Positions 54,967-62,923 of a stretch of DNA of 64,000 nt are shown one piece after another. How positions within the stretch are numbered: position 1 is the first letter of the stretch; every line of letters starts with the position of its first letter. Source of the DNA: Patescibacteria group bacterium (lineage in GTDB: Bacteria; Patescibacteriota; Minisyncoccia; Phycocordibacterales; UBA2100). The notes beneath the pieces are model-generated. The model was given only the letters and a program-made list of their open reading frames with translations, did not search any database and had not been told where the DNA came from. The translations under genes and the position numbers were made by a program. The stretch lies in assembly GCA_038064535.1 (NCBI GenBank), contig JBBTSX010000009.1, positions 1,603 through 65,602 on the forward strand, written 5' to 3'.

Positions 54967-56742
54967 CTAGATAGACGGCAGTGCATAGAGAATAATGCTT
55001 CCTTTTTTGCTGATTTGTTCAAGCGGCGCGAGCGGCGACAGGTCCCACTCGGGGTAGTAGTCGGTATCCCACAGTACGTACCGGACGCCGCTTGCTATCA
55101 GTTTCGCCCGTAGCGCTCCCTTTGGCGCGATGGTCTCACGGTATTCTTTGCCAAGCAGCGGGAGAAGTGCGGTGCGTTGCTGGAGCAGCGCCAGGTCGTC
55201 GGTGCGCACTTTTGCTCTGTACGTTGCATAATCAAAGCCGGATGAGAATCCTTCGATATCCTGATAGAGCCGGAGGTACGGAGAATCTGCCTTCGTTTCG
55301 GTCAATGTGCCGAGATATTGTACCGGATCAACCCTGCTGTCCTTGTTGAGCGCCAAGTAGACAAGTAGCATCTCCCGCATTTTCTCCAGCGGTACGTGGA
55401 ATACAAGCGCCGAAGGTGTGAAGTACAAATCGTCGGATGTGTACGACGTGACGAGAAGAGGATGCGGTTCGATGCCGTGTCCGGCGAGGACCACCCCGTA
55501 CGGGAGGGTATTGAGTGCGTGCAATGCTTCCGCGTACGACTGGTCGTGCAATTTTTCCGGCACGGTCGTGAAGAACGACATGTATTGCCCGCCGATGCTG
55601 TTGACGCTTGCCACAAGGATAAGCAGGCCCGCGAACCACACACGCATCTTTTTTGGCATGAGCGCGGAGACCATGTAGATGCCGACCACGATGGCAAGAG
55701 GGACGATAAAGTACCAATAGTAGTGGCCGTATTCTATGGAGCGGCCGGTGAGCATTTGCTGTTCGAGCGCTACCCACCCCGCAAGTATGACGGCAAGAAT
55801 AAACGGATTATTGGTGTCTTCCGGTCTGCGCCACGCATACAGACAAAAGAGGGCAAGCGTTGCAAGCCCCAGTGCGCTCATTACGAATTCATGAGAACGT
55901 TCCGCGTGAAGGAAATATGCGATTTGCGCGCCGTCGCCGGAGGCGAAGAAGTGGTAAAAGGAGAGCAAAAACGGGATAGCGATGGCCGCGGCGACGGCGC
56001 CGATGCCGGCGACGGTCGCAAGTGCCCTCCAGTTTTTTGTGGTAAGCGAGATGAGGAAAAGCGAGCCGAGCACGGCCGCCGCGAATGTCCATGCGTAGAA
56101 ATAGTCGTAAAAGAGAAACCCGAAACACGCTCCGGCGCCGAGTGCGGTCAGATAGCCCCGTTTTTCCACCACGGCTTTGTACAGCAGAATGAGATACGCA
56201 AAGAACGGGACCGACGCGGCATACGGGAAGATTGAACGGCCGTACACATTGAAACTGTCGTAGAAGAGAGTTTTGTAGAAGATGAGAGTGTGACCGCCGA
56301 TGACAAACAATGCGATTGTAAATGCGAGGAGCCGGTTCTTAGACAGAGAAAACGCAAGTGCGTACAGCAGAAGCGTCAGCACAAACACCCCCAGAGCGTT
56401 CGCCACGTTGTACCAGGTAACCACATCCACTTTGTCGCGGATACCGAGAGCGATTGCGGGTAACAGAACAACGTTCTCTATTTTGTAAAACGTCGGGTCG
56501 GTAAATTCTTTCCCTTCGGAAAGGAACGGCTGACCCAAGCGGTGCCCCTCCAAGACATCTTTTGCGCGCGTGAGGTAGTAATCCTCATCCGTGCCGTAGT
56601 GGTTGATATTGATACCGCGGTATTCGTCTCCCGCGTAGAAAGGGAACGCGGCGAGCGGAGCGATAATGAAGAGTGTGCTCAAGAGGGCGGCGAGCATGCC
56701 CGCCCAATGGAAACGCATAAGTGAGAGTGTCCGCGGAATCAT
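54967..56742 (-). CDS. Large polytopic membrane protein with extracytoplasmic C-terminal domain (putative GT-C-type glycosyltransferase/polymerase)
   Basis: At least 10 hydrophobic segments. Start set at MIPRTLSL (56742), which gives an ATGA overlap with the flippase gene; the track gives 56901. Confidence 0.45.
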   Translation of the reverse strand: MIPRTLSLMRFHWAGMLAALLSTLFIIAPLAAFPFYAGDEYRGININHYGTDEDYYLTRAKDVLEGHRLGQPFLSEGKEFTDPTFYKIENVVLLPAIALGIRDKVDVVTWYNVANALGVFVLTLLLYALAFSLSKNRLLAFTIALFVIGGHTLIFYKTLFYDSFNVYGRSIFPYAASVPFFAYLILLYKAVVEKRGYLTALGAGACFGFLFYDYFYAWTFAAAVLGSLFLISLTTKNWRALATVAGIGAVAAAIAIPFLLSFYHFFASGDGAQIAYFLHAERSHEFVMSALGLATLALFCLYAWRRPEDTNNPFILAVILAGWVALEQQMLTGRSIEYGHYYWYFIVPLAIVVGIYMVSALMPKKMRVWFAGLLILVASVNSIGGQYMSFFTTVPEKLHDQSYAEALHALNTLPYGVVLAGHGIEPHPLLVTSYTSDDLYFTPSALVFHVPLEKMREMLLVYLALNKDSRVDPVQYLGTLTETKADSPYLRLYQDIEGFSSGFDYATYRAKVRTDDLALLQQRTALLPLLGKEYRETIAPKGALRAKLIASGVRYVLWDTDYYPEWDLSPLAPLEQISKKGSIILYALPSI

Positions 56743-58040
56743 GGTGTCAAGTTTCCAACTCCGGGCTCCGCTGACACTTTCCGGTAGAGGACATAGGAGA
56801 GTCCGCCGATGATAAAGCGACTCGCGACGCGCGCGACGATAATACCCCACAGGCCCCACCAGATGACGCCGACGGCAAGCAGGAGTATCTGCGTCAGCCA
56901 TCCGACGACGCTGCTGATGTATTGTTCGCGGATTTTTTTCTTGGCAACGAGATACGAACCCGCCGGGCCGAATGCGAGTCCGAGGAGTGAAAGCGCATAT
57001 AGTTGTGAATACGGCACCGCTTCAATATAGGCGGGGAAGAGAATGAGGTACAAGAACGGAGCTATGAGTATGTATGCCGCCACGACAAGCGCGATAGAGA
57101 GAAAGAGCCATAAAAATTTATTCGACATACTCTGCCGTATGTGCAGGTCTTGATGATTCGCAAACCGGGCCTGCGTCATTGTGTCGAGATTTTTCAGCGG
57201 CCCTTTGACCTGGTCGAGGATTGACGTGGAAAAGACATAAATTGCGACTTCCGCCGCGCCGACATAATGGAACAAGAGCACCTGGTCGATACTGGTCGCG
57301 ATGCCTCCAAGTATCCCGATAGCGCTTAAGTGTTTCGCATAGGAGAGCATGCCGGCGTCTTTCTTTGCCGGGTCGGGACGGTATACGGCGAGAGTACGTA
57401 TATAAAAGTAGAGACTCGCGGCGGTGTTCGTGACGCAATAGATGAGTATGAGCCACAGAGGGTCTTGCGTTACAAAGATAGTGGCGACGAGTACAAGTAT
57501 CGGAAGGCCGTTCCCGATGCTCCCGAAGTAGAAGGATTGGCGGAAGAAGTCCTTCTTGCCCGCCAGAAATGAGCTTGCAAGATTCGCGCTGGAAAGGAAC
57601 GGCGAGAGGCTTCCCGCGATAAGCATCCCGATGGCAAGTGTCGTGTTGTCGTGGGCGAAATACCAGACCGAGGCCGCGAGCGCTCCCGCAAACACGAGGG
57701 CTCCCCAGCGCAGGTTTATCCAGAACCCCTCGTGTAGCGCCCCGTCATATCCGCGTGCAGTTGATTGGAAGACAGCAGCCCCCACATTATTCAGTGAAAA
57801 AGTGGACAGAAAGGCGACGGCAGAAAAGATGTATTTGTAGGTACCGTATGTCTCTTTGGGGAGATAGCGGCTGACAACGTACGCAAGTGCGAGCGAAATA
57901 AGCATGCTCACGAGTTGAGCCAGTATGGACCAAAAGCTCCCCGAGATGAGATATCGCGTGTCGATTTTGAAGTATCTTGCGCTCCAGTCGAGAAGTCTGG
58001 AGAGCCGTCCTGGCAGAGGTACCGTTGGCATTCCGCCCAT
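56739..58040 (-). CDS. Wzx-type oligosaccharide flippase (polysaccharide biosynthesis protein, MOP superfamily)
   Basis: About 12 TM helices, typical PST-family size and topology. Confidence 0.7.
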   Translation of the reverse strand: MGGMPTVPLPGRLSRLLDWSARYFKIDTRYLISGSFWSILAQLVSMLISLALAYVVSRYLPKETYGTYKYIFSAVAFLSTFSLNNVGAAVFQSTARGYDGALHEGFWINLRWGALVFAGALAASVWYFAHDNTTLAIGMLIAGSLSPFLSSANLASSFLAGKKDFFRQSFYFGSIGNGLPILVLVATIFVTQDPLWLILIYCVTNTAASLYFYIRTLAVYRPDPAKKDAGMLSYAKHLSAIGILGGIATSIDQVLLFHYVGAAEVAIYVFSTSILDQVKGPLKNLDTMTQARFANHQDLHIRQSMSNKFLWLFLSIALVVAAYILIAPFLYLILFPAYIEAVPYSQLYALSLLGLAFGPAGSYLVAKKKIREQYISSVVGWLTQILLLAVGVIWWGLWGIIVARVASRFIIGGLSYVLYRKVSAEPGVGNLTP

Positions 58041-58089
58041 AGTAGCGAATCAAGGCACCGATGGCCAGCTAAGGTAACGCTCTACGGCG

Positions 58090-58566
58090 TTACCGGTAAT
58101 CAATACCACCGGGTTCGCGAATGGGCGCACCGGACGGAGGAGTCGGTTTCTCCTCTGCAAACACGAGATGCTGGTATCCGACGTAACTGATGAGAGCAAC
58201 GACAATTCCCGCAAGCACTTGCGCAACGAGGTACCAGACAGTAAACCACTCGACAAAAACATACATAAGAAGCGTATTCACCATCAGGCTGAAAAGTATG
58301 ACCGCGCTGTATTTCGCGAACTGGAAATGCAAGCCGCTCATCCGGCGGTCACTAAATGTCCAGAATTTCTGTAAGGTAAAACTGGTCGCCGTAGAGAGAA
58401 TGAATGCCAAGACCGAAGCGGGGAGGTAGTGGACGTTTCCGAAGCGGACAAGTACAAAAAGAATACCGAGGTTGCAGGCCATTGCCGTTACTCCCGAAAT
58501 AACAAAACGGGCGATTTTCAACATCTGCGGAGAAAGAAGCTCCCCGATTATTCCTATTCCGCGCAT
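58090..58566 (-). CDS. GtrA-family small membrane protein (flippase-like component for polyprenyl-phosphate sugars)
   Basis: MRGIGIIGELLSPQMLKIARFVISGVTAMACNLGILFVLV...QKFWTF (GtrA pattern), 4 TM helices. The track ORF is over-extended to 58938. Confidence 0.65.
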   Translation of the reverse strand: MRGIGIIGELLSPQMLKIARFVISGVTAMACNLGILFVLVRFGNVHYLPASVLAFILSTATSFTLQKFWTFSDRRMSGLHFQFAKYSAVILFSLMVNTLLMYVFVEWFTVWYLVAQVLAGIVVALISYVGYQHLVFAEEKPTPPSGAPIREPGGIDYR

Positions 58567-58593
58567 ACCGCCATTGTAGCAGGCACCAAGGTT

Positions 58594-58621
58594 CAAACCC
58601 CGGGGCTTGCCCCGGGGTTTG
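58594..58621. promoter_or_regulatory. Perfect 13-bp inverted repeat CAAACCCCGGGGC-tt-GCCCCGGGGTTTG in the 76-bp divergent GtrA/GT-C promoter region
   Basis: The arms are exact reverse complements. It is centred about 36 nt upstream of the GT-C ATG (58643), overlapping the presumed -35. A CATACT -10 lies at 58630-58635. Confidence 0.5.
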
Positions 58622-58642
58622 ATACACTTCATACTTGATTGC

Positions 58643-60112
58643 ATGAAGCGCAGTGTTGCCGACTTTATAAAAAATGAGTGGATTTTTATAGTGCTACTGA
58701 TACTGGTGGGAGGCTTTTCGCTGTATGACCTCACCGAGGCGCCCCGCACGTGGTACGACGAGGGAATGATTATGCAATTGGCGCAAAATTTGGCTACGTA
58801 CGGAACGATGGGAACGCAAATCGCACCGGGTGAATTTGTATCTGCGGCGTACACGTCGACCGGATATCCGCTCGTCGCTCCGATTGCAGGTGCGTTCGCG
58901 CTTTTCGGGGAATCGCTCGCGGTAGCGCGTCTCGTCATGGTGGCTTTTATTCTGCTCCTGTTTTCCGCCTCGTATGTTTTTGTGCGGCGATTGGCGGGCA
59001 GAACGTACGCTCTTGCCGCCGCCGCTCTGTTGGCGACCTTTTCGACGCTCTACGGCGACGGAAAGAATGTACTGGGAGAGGTCCCGGGTCTTTTTTTCTT
59101 TGTTATGTTCGCAATCTATGCGCACCGGATATTCGACGAGGGAGTGATTACAAAAAAGAATGCCGTCCTGGCGGGACTGTTTTTGGGGTTGTGTGCCGCA
59201 ACGAAACCGACATTTCTCGTGCTTGGCGGGGCGGTGTGCGTCGGGCTTATATACGCGTGGATCCGGAAGGGGGCAACAATCCCGCTCCATATCGCGCTCC
59301 TGGCTACGGGTGCGACACTGCTACCCGTACTGCTATGGCTTATCACGCAGTTTAGTCTCAGCGATTCTCCCGCCCGCGTATTGTCATTTTATGCCAACCC
59401 CTACCTCCTGCAGGACTTCTCGCAGGTCATGTCACACAATGCGCTTCGATTCCTTACCGAGCAGACGCCGATGTATTTGCTCGGCATGGTTGCGGTGTGG
59501 GGCGCCGCTGTAGTTGTCCGCCTTGTCAGAAAAGAGCGCATACCGTTCGTGGAAGTGGTGGCCATCTCGTTCACAGGACTCATTCTCATGGCATACCTAC
59601 GTACCCCCGGCTGGTACCGGTATCTCTTTCCGGCGCAGATTGTGTCCATGATTTTCTTTCCGGTTGCCCTCATGCACTATGTGCGATGGTTGTCGGCGTG
59701 GCGATTCGCGCGCGCGGCCCGCATAGGAGCCGTCGTCCTTTGTGCGGCACTGATTGGTCTCCAAACGTACGTACTGCTTTTCTCATCATGGGTCGGCACA
59801 TATTACGGAGCAACCACTACGGCACAAATGGGACAATATTTTCACGGGCTGAATCCGGACAGCATTTTCTTTGTCTATGATATTCCGGAAGTTGTTATCT
59901 TTCTTCCGCGCGGCGCTCCGTACTATCAGTACCTCTCGGTGAACGGCAGCGGGTACTGGGGAATCGGCAAGGAGGAGCTTGCGGTTATCAGCGCAAGAAT
60001 CCCGGACGTGCTCATCATTCCGTCGGAACTGGCGGAAGGCACGACGCCACTGTTTCCCGGGTATGCGAAGAAAACGCAAATCGCAGGCATAAGCGTGCTT
60101 GAGCGGGAATAA
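58643..60112 (+). CDS. GT-C fold glycosyltransferase (ArnT/PMT-like, GT39/GT83 type)
   Basis: First TM, then the loop motif RTWYDEG (DE/DD motif), and more than 10 TM helices. The track TTG start is at 58607. Confidence 0.7.
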   Translation: MKRSVADFIKNEWIFIVLLILVGGFSLYDLTEAPRTWYDEGMIMQLAQNLATYGTMGTQIAPGEFVSAAYTSTGYPLVAPIAGAFALFGESLAVARLVMVAFILLLFSASYVFVRRLAGRTYALAAAALLATFSTLYGDGKNVLGEVPGLFFFVMFAIYAHRIFDEGVITKKNAVLAGLFLGLCAATKPTFLVLGGAVCVGLIYAWIRKGATIPLHIALLATGATLLPVLLWLITQFSLSDSPARVLSFYANPYLLQDFSQVMSHNALRFLTEQTPMYLLGMVAVWGAAVVVRLVRKERIPFVEVVAISFTGLILMAYLRTPGWYRYLFPAQIVSMIFFPVALMHYVRWLSAWRFARAARIGAVVLCAALIGLQTYVLLFSSWVGTYYGATTTAQMGQYFHGLNPDSIFFVYDIPEVVIFLPRGAPYYQYLSVNGSGYWGIGKEELAVISARIPDVLIIPSELAEGTTPLFPGYAKKTQIAGISVLERE

Positions 60113-60145
60113 GGGTTCCGTGTTACCCTGTCGGAGAACATACCA

Positions 60146-60877
60146 ATGGAGTCACACAAGACACAAGGCGCACTGCGTTCGGTGGTGGTCCCCGCTCACA
60201 ACGAGTCGGAGAACTTGGTGGTACTGATACCGCTTCTTACCGGGGCACTGCGTGCGGCAGGTGGACGATTCGAGCTCATTATTGTCAACAATGCGTCGAA
60301 CGACACAACGGCGCAAAAAGTGCCGGAATTTCAAAGGACCATTCCCGAGCTTCGTATGGTCGACGAGCCGGTGCTGGGGTACGGGCGGGCGGTGCTCGCG
60401 GGCCTACGGTCTGCGCGCGGCGATAGTATCGGCATCATGCGGGCGGATAATCAGGAGAAGCCGGAGGATTTGTGCCGCATGTTCGCGGACCTTACGGAGC
60501 GTAACCTGTCTTTCTACAAGGCGGTCCGCAAACACCGCATGGGCGACGGCCTCCTGCGGGTAGTGACCAGTCTTTTCTACAACACTCTCTTCAGGATTCT
60601 GTTCCGGTTGCGTTCACGGGATTTGAATGCGACGCCGAAAGTTTTTACCCGCGAGTTTATGGATGCCGCGCATCTCGTCTCGACCGATTGGTTTATTGAT
60701 GCGGAGATGGTAATCAAAGCGGAGCACATGGGGTACCGTGTCGGCGAGACGGAGATAGAGTACCTTCCGCGCCTCAAAGGGAAGTCGACCGTGCGCGTGC
60801 GGCACGTCTTTGAATTCCTTCGCAATATGATATCGTGGTTCTTTCGAATAAGAAATGGAAAACTTCTGGAACAATAA
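60146..60877 (+). CDS. GT2 polyprenyl-phosphate sugar synthase (DPM1/ArnC/GtrB-like)
   Basis: VVVPAHNESENL, IIVNNASNDTT, ...DNQEKPEDL. Confidence 0.8.
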   Translation: MESHKTQGALRSVVVPAHNESENLVVLIPLLTGALRAAGGRFELIIVNNASNDTTAQKVPEFQRTIPELRMVDEPVLGYGRAVLAGLRSARGDSIGIMRADNQEKPEDLCRMFADLTERNLSFYKAVRKHRMGDGLLRVVTSLFYNTLFRILFRLRSRDLNATPKVFTREFMDAAHLVSTDWFIDAEMVIKAEHMGYRVGETEIEYLPRLKGKSTVRVRHVFEFLRNMISWFFRIRNGKLLEQ

Positions 60878-61859
60878 GAAGGTTTTTATCACGGGGGCGA
60901 ACGGTTTTCTGGGAAGCCATCTGGTCCGGGAGCTGGTACAGCACGGCGCCCGCCCGGTTGTTTTGGTGTACGAGGAAAATCCGGGGGGGATTTTTGAAAC
61001 GGAAGGTCTCGCCGCTCAGACGACCGTCGTACGCGGTGACGTCCGCGACCTTAAGCAGATGAACGAGATTGTGAACTCTCACGGTATAGATACCATATAT
61101 CACCTCGCGGCTCAGGCCCTCATCGACCAGGCAATTGACGACCCTATTGCGACATTTGAGGCGAATATTCAGGGTACATGGAATATTCTGGAAGCCGCGA
61201 AAAAGAGTCCGCAGGTCAAGAGGATAATCGTCGCGTCGTCCGACAAAGCCTATGGAATGCACGAAAACCTCCCGTACCGCGAACACGTGCACCACCTACG
61301 GGCGGGTTACCCGTATGAGGTATCCAAGACGTGTGCCGACCTTATCGCCCAGAGTTTCTACAAGGCATTTCACTTGCCGGTTGTGATAACGCGTTGCGGC
61401 AATCTGTACGGCCCCGGTGACCTGAAGTTGAACCGCCTCGTGCCGCACACAATCTGTCAGCTGTATCACGACCGGCCTCCAATCATCAGGGATACGGGCA
61501 CGTCGGTGCGCGATTATGTCTACATAGGCGATGTGGCGGAAGGGTACCGTCTGCTCGCGGAAAAGATGGATGCCACCTTTTACGGGGAAGCGTTTAATAT
61601 ATCGACAGGCACGCCGCTTTCCGTAGCCGAAGTGATTGCTATGATTTCAACAGAAATGGGAAAGGACATCGAGCCGCAGGTCATCTCGACGCACGGACTG
61701 GAGATACCGCACCAATATGCCTCGTATGATAAAGCAAAAAAGACGTTCGGATGGGAACCCAAGCATTCTTTTGTAGAGGGACTCAAAAAGACTATTCAGT
61801 GGTATGTCGCACACTTCGAGCATGAAAAAACAAAACGGACAATCGCCGTACAGAAATAA
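60855..61859 (+). CDS. NDP-sugar 4,6-dehydratase, CDP-glucose 4,6-dehydratase-like (extended SDR)
   Basis: KVFITGANGFLGSHL, SSDKAYG (the CDP-glucose dehydratase-type SDK motif), YEVSK. It overlaps the upstream gene by 23 nt. Confidence 0.7.
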   Translation: MENFWNNKKVFITGANGFLGSHLVRELVQHGARPVVLVYEENPGGIFETEGLAAQTTVVRGDVRDLKQMNEIVNSHGIDTIYHLAAQALIDQAIDDPIATFEANIQGTWNILEAAKKSPQVKRIIVASSDKAYGMHENLPYREHVHHLRAGYPYEVSKTCADLIAQSFYKAFHLPVVITRCGNLYGPGDLKLNRLVPHTICQLYHDRPPIIRDTGTSVRDYVYIGDVAEGYRLLAEKMDATFYGEAFNISTGTPLSVAEVIAMISTEMGKDIEPQVISTHGLEIPHQYASYDKAKKTFGWEPKHSFVEGLKKTIQWYVAHFEHEKTKRTIAVQK

Positions 61860-61863
61860 GCGC

Positions 61864-62796
61864 GTGCTCGTCACGGGCGCGGACGGATTCATCGGTTCGC
61901 ATCTTGCGGCCCGTCTCGTGCATGTGGGAGCAAACGTGAGCGCTTCGGTACATTCCGCAAAAGATAATTGGAGGCTCGCGTCCGTCGAGGAACAGATACA
62001 GGTGCATGCGGGTGACCTCAGCGATAAGGATACTGCACGTAGAATACTGAAAACGAGCAAGCCCGAAATCGTTTTCAATGTAGCGGGGTCGGTAAATACC
62101 AAGCGCGACCTCAGTGTCATGGACGACGTTCTTCTCAATACGTATGGTCTTACGCATGCAACGCTTCTTGCCTCGCTCGAGGCCGGCGTGGAAAACTTCG
62201 TGCAGTTCGGGACATACGAAGAGTATGGGGCGGCCAAAGCTCCATTCGCCGAATCCGCGCACGAAGAAGCCGTTTCACCCTATTCTCTCGGTAAGCTCAT
62301 GTCTACCAACGAGGTGCGTGTCGTCGCGCGCCTGAAGGGTATACGCGCAACTATCGTGCGACCCGCTGCTACCTTCGGCCCGATGCAGGGTTTCGGCATG
62401 CTGATCCCCAATCTCATACAATCCGGACTCAGGGGGAGTGATTTCGATATGAACGGGGGAGAACAAATCCGTGATTTTGTGTACATCAATGATCTCGTAG
62501 ACGGAGTTATTCTCGCGGGAGCGGCAGAGGGCGCCGCGGGCGAAATTGTCAATCTCGGCGGCAATCGCGGAATCAGAATCAGAGACGTGGCGGAGATGGT
62601 GAACGAGGCGATGGGGAATCCGATAACAATACATTTTGGAGCCTTACCGTACCGCGACCCCGGCAGTAAGGAATTTTATATGGACTCGACGAAGGCAAAG
62701 AAAATACTCGGTTGGTCGGCGAAAACACCGCTCAAAGACGCTATCAGTGAAACGGTGGCGTGGTACCGGGAGCATCTCAACGAAATGTTGTCGTGA
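61864..62796 (+). CDS. NAD-dependent NDP-sugar epimerase/reductase (SDR)
   Basis: VLVTGADGFIGSHL, YSLGKLMS (YxxxK). The start is ambiguous: GTG 61864 lies 4 nt after the upstream stop, while ATG 61822 or 61804 would overlap the upstream gene. Confidence 0.65.
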   Translation: MLVTGADGFIGSHLAARLVHVGANVSASVHSAKDNWRLASVEEQIQVHAGDLSDKDTARRILKTSKPEIVFNVAGSVNTKRDLSVMDDVLLNTYGLTHATLLASLEAGVENFVQFGTYEEYGAAKAPFAESAHEEAVSPYSLGKLMSTNEVRVVARLKGIRATIVRPAATFGPMQGFGMLIPNLIQSGLRGSDFDMNGGEQIRDFVYINDLVDGVILAGAAEGAAGEIVNLGGNRGIRIRDVAEMVNEAMGNPITIHFGALPYRDPGSKEFYMDSTKAKKILGWSAKTPLKDAISETVAWYREHLNEMLS

Positions 62797-62923
62797 TGGC
62801 GCGGTTCTGGCTTGGTGCCGGCCCGAATCCGCTGGCAATGTTGTTCTGCGTTTTCGTCGCACCCCACGTGGCCAGGCTCAAAGGTATTTTCCTTATAAAC
62901 CAGCTGTGTTAGAGTGTCTCGTG

